From Lama glama (taxonomy: Eukaryota), in NCBI GenBank assembly GCA_028534125.1, contig CM052817.1, positions 8,434,001 through 8,498,000 on the forward strand: a stretch of 64,000 nucleotides of DNA. The letters run 5' to 3'. The translations under genes and the position numbers were made by a program. Position 1 is the stretch's first letter. Every line of letters begins with the position of its first letter. The notes beneath the pieces were generated by a model. That model did not search any database, was not told where the DNA came from, and saw nothing but the letters and a program-made list of their open reading frames with translations. Positions 48,336 to 62,310 of the stretch are shown here, piece after piece.

Positions 48336-51300
48336 GCAACACTGCTCTTTGAAGGCAGGTGCGTCTGCTACTTTGCACCTATTTTCATTCCAATTCGTCA
48401 TAATACATTGTCAATACAGAGAGATCTTTGAGTCGATGCAATCAGGACAAGTGGTGTTCCATCAAGAGCTGGTGGGGATAGAAGCACACAGTGGAATAGA
48501 GAGGAGTCTCCTGGTTGCGAACATTCAACATGTTCTGGGAGTAAGTCAGTATCCTCTGCCCAGTGAAGGAACACCTTCCATTGTCCCGGCTGCTTGGCTG
48601 AGTGGAGGGGGCGGCCAGAACTTCTCCTGAGGCTGTTAGTGGCTTTGTCTGACTCACTAGACTGTGAACGACACGAAAGCAAACACTGCTCCTCATTTTC
48701 CTTTGTGTCTCTACTACTCAACACAGATGTGGTCACTGTATCAAAGTTATCTGTTATATGGATCAGCCTAGGTATTTAGAGAGGGAGGTGAACTTAGCAA
48801 GCATCTTTCCAGAACATGGTCTCTCAGATTTCAGTCATCTGTGCAAGTAGATGCACCCAATGGATCTGTGTAATAGACTGCACAAATTGTGTGACGTTTG
48901 AGTCTTGCCTATATTCTCATTTATTATTTATTTACTCTTTATTATTCATTTACTTTATTACCACCTTCAACGTCGCAGGTGAAGAGATTGGAAGCATAAC
49001 GTGATCAGCATGCCTGCTCCAGTTTAGGAATCAGTGTCAAAACTGAATCTGAACATAAATGCTCCTATTCTGGATTCTGGGATGCACGGTCAACCCTTCC
49101 TGCCTCCATATCTAAGTTTTTTTTTTTTTTCTTGCTTCTTGAGCAAAAGAGCTATGCTGTAAGGAGACTGCGGATGGGGAGATAACCAGGTGCCTGCAGC
49201 CATCCGTGAGGTGAATGCAAGAAGCCTTGTGGGGAAAACTTGGACAGTGCTTCCAGGAGAGAAGCAGGGAGTTCAGGAGGGGGAGAAATTCAATGAATCT
49301 CCTGGGAGCTGAGCTGAGAAGGACAGTAGTGCCCAGGACGGGAGGGGAAGCCAGACAGATTTCTCTCTGAGCCGAACTGACAACACTTAGCACATATTTC
49401 AAGTCTACATTTTGGAAGGGAAAGATCTAATGCCCTCTTAAAACTGTTCTCTCTTCCTTTCCAAAATGAAGGTCAGCAGGGGAGAGAAGCAGCATCTGCG
49501 ATGGTAATGAAAGAAAACCCAGATGACTGCAGGAGCAATTTAAAGATTTGCCCGGATTTGCTTCGGCCCCCGTGGCTGTGCCTTCTACTTGCAACTCCTC
49601 CTCAACAGTCTGGATGGGGAGATAAATACACTCTTTTAAAAGTCCAACATTCAGGCACTTTTGAAACTTAATGAAAGTGGGACCTGGGAGGCTTAAAATA
49701 TTAATCATGTATCCAAGCTTGCCAGAGAAAAGAGGCTAGCGTTCTGCAGGTGTAATGCAGAGAGAAAATCCCCTCCAGGAACGAGTGATATGGAGGTGGA
49801 TTTCACTCATGTGCGCACCAGACACAGACAGGAAGCTTGATTCATACTTAATGCAGCGCTGGATTCAAAGGCCCCCTCCTTAAAGGGAAAGCTGCAAGCA
49901 AGAAGTGCTCCTTTGGGGCACTCGGAGACCTCATTAGACTATCATTAAACAGCCAGTGAGGCTCTGCTATGGCAATAGGCTGAGTCCAGAAATACAGACG
50001 AAAAGCTTTAAAAACATTGGAGCAGAAAACAAAGCATGAGCATTCAGAGGTAGGCGTTAATGGCAGGACTCCCAGGTCCCTAGCCCAGAGCCTCGCAGAG
50101 AACATCGTCAGAACGCAGGAGTAGTGACTTCACTCCTAGTATCTCTTTGAAGCTCTAGGGTGGCCCTAGTAGATGGACTTCGCAGGAGTTATTTTTATTT
50201 ATCTGGGGGCCCTGAGCTTACCCACTCTTTAACCCCAGGGCTTCCTCTCGAGCCTCTGGTTTCCGATCACCAGCCCAGAGACTCAGTTTCTTTCTGATCT
50301 TCTTCCAAATGCTCGCTGCCATGCACCAGTTTGCTCTCTGAATCGGTTAAAAAAATCTATTCAGCTCCCCATGTTTGTGCTGCCAAGGATGAGCCCACAG
50401 GATCACTTTTGAATTAAGGATTTTAATTCCACTTCCCACAGAGAAAGTGATGGGAAGAATGAGACTCTCAACACTAGGAAGGCAACTGAAGTTAAAGAAT
50501 TTCAGACACCTGGGGACGTTCCTAGAAGCCTCAAGGACTCAACAGTTGGCTTTTATTCCAGAAGCTGTACATCATCTCTTCCTACCTCTTCCTCCTGAAA
50601 CTTGCCCCTTCTTCTATAAGCATTTTCTGGTTCCTTGACCCTGCCCACAGCCTGCCTCAAAACTCTATGCCAGTATGTGCTTTGTATGTCTTTGCTTGAA
50701 ACCCAGCTTCTTATCCTGAAGAGGCACTTCAGCCTCTCTCCCCATTTTCCCATCAGTGATGACTTTCTTAAATGTTCTGAGCCTCAGTTTGTTCACCTAT
50801 AAAGTGGAGTCAATAACACCTACATCATAGTTTTTTTAAAAATTAAATTAAATTTTATTTGATTTTATTTTACTTTACTTGCAGTGGCAATCCTTTTTCC
50901 CCAATAAAAGTTATGTCCAGAGCAAATAGAGAGTAAATTTGGGAAAATACTCCTAGAAACTGTATCTACTTGTGTAAGTTCTAAGACTGGTCCTGGTTGT
51001 CAGTTGAAGTTTCAAAGAAGAGACCACAGGGTGGTGGGTGTTATTCCCAGAAGATGGAAAACAATTGGCAAAACGACCTCCTGGCATGGTGTTCATCAAC
51101 ATGGGGCTGGTGTTGCATTGTGCAAAGTCAGAATCCTGATTTATCTGCTTGCTGACTGAGGGCAGAGAAAGGTGCATGAGATCCCAATTCATTTGTAACA
51201 GATGTAAAGGTCTTTAGATTCTCACGATGCTTGCATCACTTTTCATTTTTTGACTTTCAAATTATTAGAATTGGCTCAAGCTTCCTCCACTGGATTGTTT

Positions 51301-52469
51301 CATTTTTCCAGTTTCTTGTTCAGACTCAGTGTCCTTCGGAGGAGGATGACTGTATTTCCCCTGCACCAAGCTTGACCCCAGGTGCCCTGGACTTTGGATC
51401 CCAGGAGTCTGGTTCTCAGGGCCATTCTTCTCCAAACCCCACCTCCTCAGAGGTACCATCCTGGTATATGGACAATCATTTTTCTTCTCCAATTCTAATA
51501 GGATCCACCAGAATTCCAACCACGTTTTCCTCCCACCTCTGACTTCCCAAAGAAAATTCTGGAACAGTGAAACATACACACATCACATTCTTTATGTTTC
51601 CTCAGATGGTCCACATAGAACTATATGGTAATTAGGAAGGGCCCAGAAGCTGGTAACCAAAAAATGCCCATATCCCCTCTTGTCCTTCCATTTTCCCCTA
51701 ATGTAAAGGCCCACAGACTTATCCTTCCCATCCCCATCAGAGTGCTCAAGTACGTTTCTGGCTATGATACTAAAGGCACAAACAAACATACACAACAGCA
51801 GAAGCTAACTGCTCAGTAGGGTGTTTGGGATCTATACTGATTACCAGTGAGAAATACAATTGACATAGGAAGGCAGAAAGCTCAGGTTCACATTTCAAGT
51901 TCTTTCTCTCCCTAGCAGACCTATGAGAAAAGCCAAGTCATAATCAAAAGCTTGCTTAGTGCGAATGCAGTCGGAGCAAAGGACACTTGTCGGATTTGAG
52001 AGTCAGGATCGTCCGATATCTCCATCTTCCATTTGGGATGCTTTTGCCAAACTGGAAGGAAACTGAGTTATCACTTTCTCTTTCTTAAAGACCCATGATT
52101 TCACAAACCTCAGTCGGTAAGATTAAAGTCTCAGAAAATGAGCGGTTGGGGAAGAACAATTTAAACATTTTACTAAATATATTTAAGTGATGCAGTGGGT
52201 AAGTATTCTAGAAGATATTCACTTGCTTTAGTGAGCCGGATTCCTGACTATGAAACCCGGCTCCAATAAATAAGCTTCTGCACGACTTTCTTCCTTGTTC
52301 AGGAAATACTGCTGCAGGGTCACAATCTGCGAGACTGAATATTTCACCAGCTTTATGTTGTGCAGAACAAGCTTCTCTTTCAACTCTTTAAACCTGCTCT
52401 TCCTGGCATGATATTTGCTGGCTTTTGCCCTTGAACTTTTTTGTTTTCGCATTGCTTTCATAGGTCACA

Positions 52470-52865
52470 GGACAATGTTTGGCCATTTCACAAGTTACAA
52501 ACATGTTGTGGAGCCCTGGCTTTTTGTTGGGCGGGTTTTAGACAAGGCGATCAAAAAAGACTTCCCTGGGGAGTTAACTTTGAGCAATGAAATGAGGTGC
52601 GGGTGGGGAGAAGCCATGCAAAGCTTGGGGAAAAAGAATGCCAGGGCGAGAGAACAGATGTTGTATAAGCAGCAAGAAGGCCAGGCAGAGAGTGGACTGA
52701 GTGAGGAGAAGTGAGGTGGGGGGATGTGCTAGGGCTGAACGATGTCTCAGGAGCCATGTGAGGAATTTAGGGGCTTGTCCCCAGGGTGATGGGCATCCGT
52801 GAGATTCCAGTGCATCGGATAAGCGTCCTGATCTTGCATAGGGCTTGGATCACGCTGCACCCACT
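52470..52865 (-). mobile_element. L2 fragment
   Basis: gaagccatgcaaagcttgggg...caagaaggccagg...ggatcacgctg. Confidence 0.65.
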
Positions 52866-53534
52866 GCTTCTGTGGTTCTCTTTTTCTATGTTCCCATGCT
52901 GGTCAGTTTCTTTTAGACCAAATTAATTTTGTGTGTGTGTGGATATCTTAATATCTTCATTGAGGTGAGCCCCCATCCTCCTGGCTCATCTTTGTGAGGT
53001 GCCTTCGCATACCTCCTTTTAACTACACCAAGTTTTTGGGTTAACTCTCGGGAGGACAATCTCTGCCTCGTTCTTGGGAAGACTGTCATTATTACCTTTC
53101 TACCCACGTATCAGGAACATAATCACGCACACAGGTGCTTTCAGGATCCGGGCCAACAGCAACAGCAACAAAAGATTTAAAAAGAAATGCTGTTTGGAAT
53201 CAAGGTGTGTCGGGAGCTCTAAATGCAGAAGCCAGACTGAAAAGGCTCAGCGCTCTCAGAGAGTGAGAGTCAGAAATAAACACTTACGTCAGCCCTTCCC
53301 GCCCCTGCATTGCTGCGGTCCAGACAGACGATGGCCCAGCACTTTGGATTTGTCTGGTTTCCTCATTAATTCTCCTCTCACTCCTGCTTTTATTATCAAC
53401 AATGACAACTGCGCATTTTCCCTAGGCGGCTTCTAAAGTCATCTAACTGCCATTAGACCAATAAAGAATCTCGTCTCTCTGCACAGTAAACAAATTAAAC
53501 CGCTCCTTGGTGCTTAAACTTCTTGATTAAAGCC

Positions 53535-53745
53535 TCACTGAATTATGATAACTACTGTTCTTTAAAAACCTGCTGTGTGCTGAGGTAGTTGCTTTACATA
53601 TAGTATTTCATTCAATGTTTGCAATAACACTTTCAAGCTGAGAACCATTGGCCTGATATGCAGAAGAGGAAATGACGCTCAGAGTGGTGAAATGCTTGCC
53701 TCTGGTGAGTCAGTAAGTAGCCAGCCTGTAGCCAGATCTGCACGC
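53535..53745 (-). mobile_element. MIR SINE
   Basis: gcagaagaggaaatgacgctcagagtggtgaaatgcttgcc. Confidence 0.65.
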
Positions 53746-54759
53746 CCATACAGCCCGTGCTCCCGAGAATTCCACGCTTCCCTGCTGCTCCAGGCTGTTC
53801 TTGACATCTTCCCTCTCAGTGACTGTCCTTCCTCACTGAGGTACACACATGCTCATCTTTGCTTTCTTTCCACAGAGCATGTCTTCAAAATCTTGAGGGG
53901 ATCCAACTCTTCACTGCTTTCTGTCAGCCTGCTCCCTAGGGTCATAGACTGTCATTGCTGGAGGGGACCTTGGAGATTATGTCTTCTGGAGGTTGCAGTC
54001 TTGGGTCCCCAGATGGTAGACTTCAGGCTAGTGACAATGTTCGGAAATCTCTAGTCAAACCACAATACTGTTATTGGGTTTGCATTACTGAAATAAAAAA
54101 TTAAATAACTATTTGATAAACACAGTTTGTCTAATAGATAGAAAGCTTCTTAAGATTGGGCCCATGTTGAGTTAGTGGGGAAGAAGGAATTTATAAAGAA
54201 AAAAAGGTATTGGTGAAAACTCTCAGAAATATCTCTAGTTTAGTTTGTGTCCTCTTTTGTAAATGATTCAATGAACGTCCACTGGGAGGGAAAATGCACA
54301 CAAATTAAACTTCACTGGTTTGGGAGAGACTTTAAAGCTTATGTTGTCTAATTATGGTACATTTCTAGTGAGTGGTAGATCGGTCATTGATGGAGAATTT
54401 ATTGCTCCCCTAGGCACCCTCTTACAATGTAATAGCATTGAGTGTTTAAAATACCTGCTTTTCTGTTGTTTCTACCCTTTGTTCTAGTCCTTTGGAGCAT
54501 CACACAATAGTTCTCATCACTCTTCTGAGGGATGTCCTTCATGCTCAGGGACACGACAGTTCTGAGCGACACTGCTGGAGATGTTAGCACCAGCGAAGGG
54601 ACCGTGGCCCCTTTTAGCTCCGCATGTGGACCTCAGCTGGTGAGTCAGTTCTTTCCTCAGCAAGGCCCATGAGACATTTATTTTGTCATTTGACCCTTTG
54701 TTCTCTGCTTTAGCCACAGGCCTTAAAACTGAAGACATACTGAACTTCCTAAACTTTTT

Positions 54760-55055
54760 TTTTTTTTATTCTCAGTGCTCCTTATTTCTGGAATATTCTC
54801 TTTCTCACTCTCTTCCGCGGATTTGCCTCCTCTGGGAAAATTTCCGTGCCCCCAAAGAACTGGGAAAAGCCCTGTAACACCTGTGCCCATTGCTTTTGCC
54901 TGTATCACTGGTTTGTAATTAACCGTGGATCTCTGTCTCTCCTCATCAGGCTGTAGGATCCTAGTGGCCAGGGATGAGCTAGTCTCTCAGCCTGAAGCCT
55001 AGTGCCTGACTGAGACATGCAGTGGGTCCTCAGTGAAATGAATGAATGGATTCAT
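54760..55055 (+). mobile_element. L2 3' end
   Basis: cctagtgcctgac...cctcagtgaaatgaatgaatgga. Confidence 0.65.
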
Positions 55056-56360
55056 TGTATGGGCCCTTCCTGTGTCTTGTCACCAAACCCTCAACTTACA
55101 CTGTCTCTTCATCATGGCAATGGGAAAGTGGGGAGTTCAGAAGCAAAGGAAATAGGATGAGGGAGGGAGTGGCAGGAAAGAGGAACCAGGAGACAGAGAA
55201 ACACATGGAATCAAATACTTAATTGTTTAGATGAGGAAACTGCGACTCAAACAGGACCATGATGTTCTAAGTCACACAGTGGGGACTGGAATTCTGTTTC
55301 CTGGCTTTGGACCCTGGGCCTTCCCTCTATGCTATGAACATTGTAGCCAGAGCATCTTTAACACACAGACAAAAACATACCTGCTTATTTCTGAAGACGA
55401 CAGCCCCATGGTCAGGGTGAAGGAGTCATTGGTTGAAGTTTAAAAAAAAATACTCCTGATTTAAATGCAGCCTCTCACTGGGAGCAATGACTCAGGCTAA
55501 TTTTGTGGGCAGCATGTTTTCCTTTGAGATTTCTCATCGGGTCTCTTCCTCGGCTTCCTATATTATATAAGGGTAATGATGAATTCCATGACTGCATCCC
55601 AACTCCCCGAGGCCCAAAATAATCACTGTTCTGTTTTCCATGGGAAATGAAGGCATATATTAGGATTTTTAATATTCTTTGAACATCAACTTTAAAAACA
55701 GGAGACATCCATGGCAGGTGGAGCTTGCAAATGATGTTTCTAATCAGATGTTCATCCACAAAGTAATTAACCTTAGAGAAGTGTCTTCCTTGTAAGGTCC
55801 AGAGGCTTCTAAAAAGACTTTACTCTCAGCTCTCTTAACATGCTTTCTCTTTGTCTCCCACTGTGTTCCAGAGCCCAAAGGGAAGATGAGAGGCAAGTCC
55901 TGCTGATAAGGATGCCATCGCATTTTGGCATCTCAAACTTTGGCTGTGCCTGTCCTTTCACCACCCCAACCCCAGGACCCTCATCACTGTGTTTTCTCAT
56001 GTTTTGTAAACTGCTTAGAGCTCTGCCAGGTTTTTCAGTGCCACCTGGCCCACTGCCTTGGCTTCTCTGTAACTCCTTTTAGGAAATTCAAGGGAAGAAT
56101 TTGAATGGGAGTTCAGACCCTGGGTCTGCCACTTCCTAGCTGTGTACTTGTGAACAAGCTCCAGCCTCCTTCCGAGTCTCAGTTTCCCACCTATGCCTGG
56201 ATTGTTACATTGACTGTTGACATGATTCCCTGTAAAGGTCTCAAGAAAGCATTCAGCTTGGTGCCTTCTTCCTAGAAATTTCTTAGCAGATTATTCATAT
56301 TCTGCCCTATCTCCCTTCTATCTCTTTTGGTAAAGCAAAGTTTGTATATATTTGGGCTAG

Positions 56361-56826
56361 TATATTAATTTCCTAGGAATGCTGTACCGAAGTACCACAA
56401 AATGAGTGTTTTAAAAGAACAGAATTTGATTATGTCATAGTTCTAGAGGCCGGAAGTCCTAAATTAAGGTGTCATCAGGACCATGTTTCCTTTGGAATCT
56501 GTAGGCGAATCCTCCATTGCCTCTTCTTAGCTTCAGGTGGTTTGCTGGCAATCTTCGGTTTTCCTTGGTTTGCACCTGCATAATTCCAATGTCTGCTGTG
56601 TTATCACATGACATTCTCCATGTGTTTCTCTGTCCTCACATGGTGGTCTTCTTATAAGGACCCTAGTCATATTGCATTAGGGGTCTACTCTATGCCTGTG
56701 GGATCTCATCTAAACTAATTATGTATGCAATGAATCAACCCTATTTCTGAGATACTAGAGGTTAGGACTTCAACACATATTTTTTAGGGGGAGGGAACAT
56801 TAGAGACCATGATTCAACCCATAACA
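56361..56826 (-). mobile_element. MaLR solo LTR (MLT1C type)
   Basis: attaatttcctagg...aagtaccacaaa...cttcttataaggaccctagtcatattg...ttaggacttcaacacatat...attcaacccataaca. Confidence 0.9.
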
Positions 56827-57207
56827 AGTAAGTACTGAATTACATACTGAAATATTCTAGTCTATTTAGTCAGCATCTTATGTAGACTTCTGTTTTGATT
56901 AGATTAGATGTCATTGTTTGAGAAGCCTAATCTTAGAATTGCAGTCTTTGAGCTGAAAGGAAATGTGTCATTTCTTTCACTTCCTTCATCTTTATGCCCC
57001 TTTCCCAGTCTTCCTTCTTTATTCTCAGTCCTACCAGTCTTACCATCTCGAATTCATTATCACCCAGCAGCCAGAGCTCTCTGTCTCCTTACACTTTTAA
57101 AACAGTCATGTGTTCATATCAGTCATCTTGTTCTTTATAGGATAAAAGTCAAACTCCCCATCTCGGTACAAATTGTCCTGTAGTACGCGGCCCCCACCTC
57201 CCTCTGT

Positions 57208-57312
57208 GATGGTCAGTTGTCTTGGTTTATCCCAGATGGCTTTAGTGCTAAAATTTTTGCATCCTGATAAACCCCTCAGTTCTGGACAAACCAGGGTGGT
57301 TGTTCACTCTCC
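57208..57312. mobile_element. MER81-like hAT-Blackjack relic within an L2 fragment
   Basis: gtcttggtttatcccag...tttagtgctaaaa...aaacccctcagttctggacaaaccagggtggttgttcact. Confidence 0.7.
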
Positions 57313-58769
57313 CACCTCCCTACAGCTTTAGAGACTCTCTGGCTGTTGCAGATTTAATTCTATCTTGCTGATTGTGTATCGCTCTGGCATTAGCTATTTG
57401 CTCATCAGGCTCTTCTGCTAAATTATATGTTCCTTATGGATTTCTAGATCTAAATGAATCTAGCTAGGTTTAAATTTCCACTCCGCTGACTTTTGTCAGT
57501 ACATATTTTATTAAGCATTAATTTCCTTAAAAACAAAAGGGGCACAAAATCCTATATCCTTTGGTTGTTATGAGGGTAAATTAGATGTCATGAGTAGACC
57601 CCGTTGCAGAATCTGATACACACTCAGTGTTGCATAAGTGGTAGGTGGTTTTCACTCGTGGGCATGTCTGCATACTCCAGAGTTCCTGTGTTCAGTAAAT
57701 GCTTTTGAAAGAAAGCTCAAGGCTACACAGCTCACATCTCTTGAGCCATAATCTTTCTCTCCTGCTATTTTCTCTCCTTGACTTAAAAATAAATGCATTC
57801 TTTCAGAGGTTATCCTTACTAAGAACTTGGCTCAAAGCCTTGTCGAGTAATGTGGAATATGCCAGACGTATTCCTATGGACCTTCTACTACTGGAATTTT
57901 CCATGTGCCAATAATTTTCTAGTCTCCAGCAACTTTGATATAGTTGGATCCAACAATTGGTCCTTGAAGGGAAAACAGCCAACTGAAAAGACCTTGAATC
58001 CTTTCTTGCGCTCCAGTTCTCATGAACTCAGAACATAAACATTCAAAGTTGGTGTGGCATCATCAGCTGCCTGGAGGGTCAGCGAAAGCCTTTTCCTCCA
58101 GATCAGCCCCCCAAAGGAATCAGCTGTGTTTTATTTAACCTGATGGCATTAGAGTTCTGTGCGTGAGGGAGTCACGAATAAGTGAGGTCGTCTTCCACCC
58201 CAGAGGTGAGCGGGAAACCTCCTGATTGTGGTCAGAAGGATATCACTAGCTCTTGGTTTGCTCCGAGATCCTCATTGTGGACGCCACTGGTTCTTTTTAT
58301 CTAGCAGGTATTTGATGTCATGATGAGATTAATAATTCACAGTTTGGACAGTATTTTTCCACTGAGGGCTGTGTGCAGAGAAAAGCAGAAGTGCTGGCAA
58401 AGCCTGAGGGCTTCTGACAAGGTCAGATGCCTTATGCTTCAGCAAGTGCTCCGAATCCCCAGTAACCCCTTCCTTGCTGTGACTGATACATAGAAAGGCA
58501 GGGATTCTTGAGGGGTTTTTAGCTTTCTTAGATGGGGTAAAAGTGATTTCAATCATGCAGACCTCTACAAGATGGTAAGTCAATGAGAAGAGCAGAAACA
58601 AAATGTAAATAAAATTTTAATTATCAGTTCTGAACAGTAATTCAAGAGATGTTATCAAATCATATGTGAGTAACTGCTATAGGTGATGAGAGAGTTAGTA
58701 GTAGCCAGGGGAAGACAAGGCTTGATCTGTTCTTATTACTATCTCTCGTGCATATTTTGATTATTGCTA

Positions 58770-59255
58770 TTCATCACTTTTTTTGAGTCCCAGGCACTCT
58801 GCATCACATAATGTCTCTTTTGATCTTTACACTAATTCTATGAAAATAGACAATCTTATTCTCATCTTCTAAATGAGGAAACTGAGGCTCAGAAAGTCAA
58901 CTAGGCTTTTGCAAGGACAAAAGGTGGTAAGAGGTGGAGCCAGAGTTTAGCCCTGGGGTAACTGTCTCTGAGTATTGCTTTTTACATGTGCTACATCATC
59001 TTCTAGTATTTATTTAAAAATCAGTGATCATGAGGAAGATTCTTAGAATTTTGCAAGGACATAAGAGTTTTCAAGACTATTTATATCTTCCTTTTCACTT
59101 ACTTCTCACAGCATCCCTGCATGCGATCGAGTTGGGGGCTACTATCTCCACCTAGAAAATGCAGAACTTGGACTGGAGGGATGTTATGTGATTCCCAAGG
59201 TCACCAGCCACAATGCACCTGGAACTCAGGATTTGTGATTCCACACCTGGGGCTT
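58770..59255 (-). mobile_element. Two MIR fragments
   Basis: aaatgaggaaactgaggctcagaaag and cccaaggtcaccagcc cores. Confidence 0.7.
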
Positions 59256-60914
59256 TGTGGCATGTCCTTTAGAAGATGAACGAGGTCACACTAGTGGGAG
59301 CTGCCGTTTTTTGCTTCTGACTCGTGCCAAAGGAGGTGTGGCTGGAGAATGGTCTGAACTTTATATTCTGCTTTTGCTGATCTTCATATGTCTCTTGTCA
59401 AGCTCACATGGCTTCCTAAGCAGCAAGGTTCTCACTCACCAGACTTCCAGTGGTGGTGATGAGAACTGCCATCTTCTGTTCTTGTCCATTTTTAAACTCC
59501 AGTTGTCCAGACTTCTGGCGAGTCTATTTTCATTCCAATAGCTTTTTAAAAACTTCATTTTCTCAAGTGACAAGAGTCTAGTTTTGCTGTTTGTAGCTGA
59601 GAACTCTGACCCACACGGTGTTGCACCAGGGTTGTATGCAAAGTCGCTGAATAGCGCTGCTACATAGTCTGTCTTCAAGGAACCTTAGTTCTGGCCCATT
59701 CTCCTTTTTCAAGACCATGGATTGTCAAAGTATAACCCATAATTTCCATACTCTTGCTAAACCATTATCTCAACAATGTTTGATTTATTTCATGCAATTA
59801 GTACAGATGACTCTCGGACCCCTAGAGAGCTGGTTTTAGAATCCCCCCAGAGATGAGAAGAGATGATACGAAGAAGGAGGATGACGGGTCTTAGGACAGC
59901 TCCAGCTGGTTGTGGGTTCCTTGGTCAACATACTTACCTTTTCTTCTTTCTTTTTTCCTCATTATTTTCTCCTACCTTCTATCCTCTATGTCTTCCTTAT
60001 CTTTCTATTTCCATTCTCTTGTTCTTTTTTTCAAGTTGAAGACAATTGAGGGATATACAGCTCCTGGAATCTCCTGGAATGTTTAATTAATTTGAGCCTC
60101 TTCTTCCATGAACTTGCCCTATGCTGCTTATTCTCCCAATGCATATATCACCTTATTCAATCTCTTCAAACCTTTTAGAAGAAGAGATTAGGTCCCTATT
60201 ACAAGAGGCAAAAGAGGAGAGAAACTGAGATTTGGAGCATGGTAGAAGTTGCTCATGGTGGCTGGTTCCTGAGCATCCCTCTGCTATTTTCCATGAGGTT
60301 GCAAACATCAACTGAAAAACAGCCCGATTCTGATATTAGAACAAGAGACAAGGAAATAGAAGGCTTTTTGGAGCACTTGTTCTGCTACTTATCAACTGTG
60401 TGTATCCTTGGCAAGTTATTCAAACTCTAAGTCTTAGACAACACTGTGGGAGTGCAGGAGTGTAAGTCTGGACACTCAGTGGAAGATGAATAGAATTCGG
60501 GCATTTCATTTGAAATGTTTCTTTTGCCCTACATTCACTCTCCTCCCCCAGAGTGTCCCTCCTGTCATATTCTTAGGAGGTATGAGATCTGGCTTTCCTT
60601 CCCAGCATGTGGAGATGCCTGAGTGCCAGGAGGTTTGTGCTATTAGCCAGACGGCCTCTTCATGTTGAAAAATGTGCCTCTAGATTACCTAGTTCTTTTC
60701 AATGAAAGCTCCAATTACCCATGGCCACTCCTGGCTAATCACATTTCTTCATACAGGAAGTTAGAACACTCATAATAAGATTGGATGGGGGCTAGATATG
60801 GTACGTTTGTTAATAGTCGTCCTCTGTTTTGCATGCAACTCGTGAGGGATGGTGAGTTCAAGGTCATGTTTCTGCCCCAGGATAATCATTTGCTAAATTG
60901 TAAGGCTTTGAGAT

Positions 60915-61160
60915 AGAAAACATGAGGCTCTATGTTGTCCAATGCAGTTCAGGTAAATTCTTGGTTCTGCTGCTTCCTCACTGATGTCCTTGGATAGCTT
61001 ACTCTACCATTCTTTGCCTCAGTTTTTTCTTCCAAATGGAGGACAATAATTCTCAAATCTTCCTCTTGGAGTGTCTGTGAAGATTAAGCAAGAAGATCCC
61101 TATGAAGCAATTAGCTTTGTGCCTGACAGAGTGAGCATTCAATAAATGTGCTTAAGACAC
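60915..61160 (+). mobile_element. MIR SINE
   Basis: gcctcagttttttcttccaaatgg...gtgaagattaag...gtgcctgacagagtgagcattcaataaatgt. Confidence 0.8.
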
Positions 61161-62089
61161 AGTAGTTGATGATAAAAAGCAATCCCATTTCCCACTGCTT
61201 GGTATTTGTTCTGCCATTGCTTAAGGTGACATAACACATGAGTAAGATGCCCCAGTAGTTTTCTCAGAGTGCAATTGGCAAATCTATTCATCTGAATCAG
61301 GCTCCTATATCAAGGAACTTGATGAACAAGAATAAGAGCTTTATATGCTGTCTTCACTAAAAAATATAAAGTATACCATTAGATTTTCAACCTAATAAGT
61401 ATTGAGAAGTAGACAGATTTTTTCCCCCATTCTTTTTCAAATTGAGTCGTAATGTGCTATAGAGTGAGGAAAAGGTGCAGGAGAATGTAAGATACTTGAG
61501 AGGCATTTTACTGGGTATCAAGAGATGAGTTTTTCCTACTCATTTTAAAACTCACCAGCTTCTTGTGTGGCAGTTGGGTCTAGCTGGATAGACTGCAAGT
61601 TCTGTTAAGGTACCCACAGTGATTGAACTTTCTCTGTGCTTCCTGCATGCACGTAGGCACCATGTGATGTCCCTTTACTCTACGTATACTTGTCTATATG
61701 CAGTTCTTCCCAGTTTATGCCTTTGTACCTTTGAGCATGTTGTTTTCTCTGCTTGAAACACAGTTCCCATACTTGTCTGGCTGTATAACTCATTTCTCAA
61801 GACATGGCTTAAATGTCATCTTCTCTGCAAGGTGCCCGTGGGGGGTTGGTTAAGTCTGCATTCTTGATGCCCTTGGGTTTCTTGGACAGGAAGCAGAATT
61901 ACTCCCTGTGATAGCAGCTAGAGAACAGCAAGTGCTGTTTTGACACAGCTGGCAAAAACAGCATCTCCCATACTTTCAGACAAAGGGGCTCTGTATAGTT
62001 TTAAGGCATTCACTTAGCCAAATCGTCCTGACCCTGTCTCTAAAGATAATGGACTCTTGATGTCTCACACTTCCTTTTATGAGGAAGAG

Positions 62090-62310
62090 ATTTGTGTAGT
62101 TTGGAGGCAGAGGAATCAGGATGTGGCTCTTGGTCCCCACTATCTATTAGCTGTGTGATAACTGAATCTCAGTTTCCTTATTTTTAAAGATGGGTATAAT
62201 GATAGCTATCTTGAAGGTCCGACAAGCGATTAATTGTGATAAGACAGGTGAAGTGTCAAGCATGTCCCTGGGATCCAGAAGACACACAATGAACAGTAGC
62301 TATCATACAT
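62090..62310 (+). mobile_element. MIR SINE
   Basis: tagctgtgtga...ctcagtttccttatttttaaagatgggtataat. Confidence 0.75.

Noticed and set aside
52228..52461. Basic 77-aa minus-strand ORF (MKAMRKQKSS...)
   Set aside because: No recognisable homology, promoter or splice context; length is within chance expectation.
59939..60063. Minus-strand exon-like segment ending AAG|gtaagt
   Set aside because: Stops in all frames; low-complexity purine tract.
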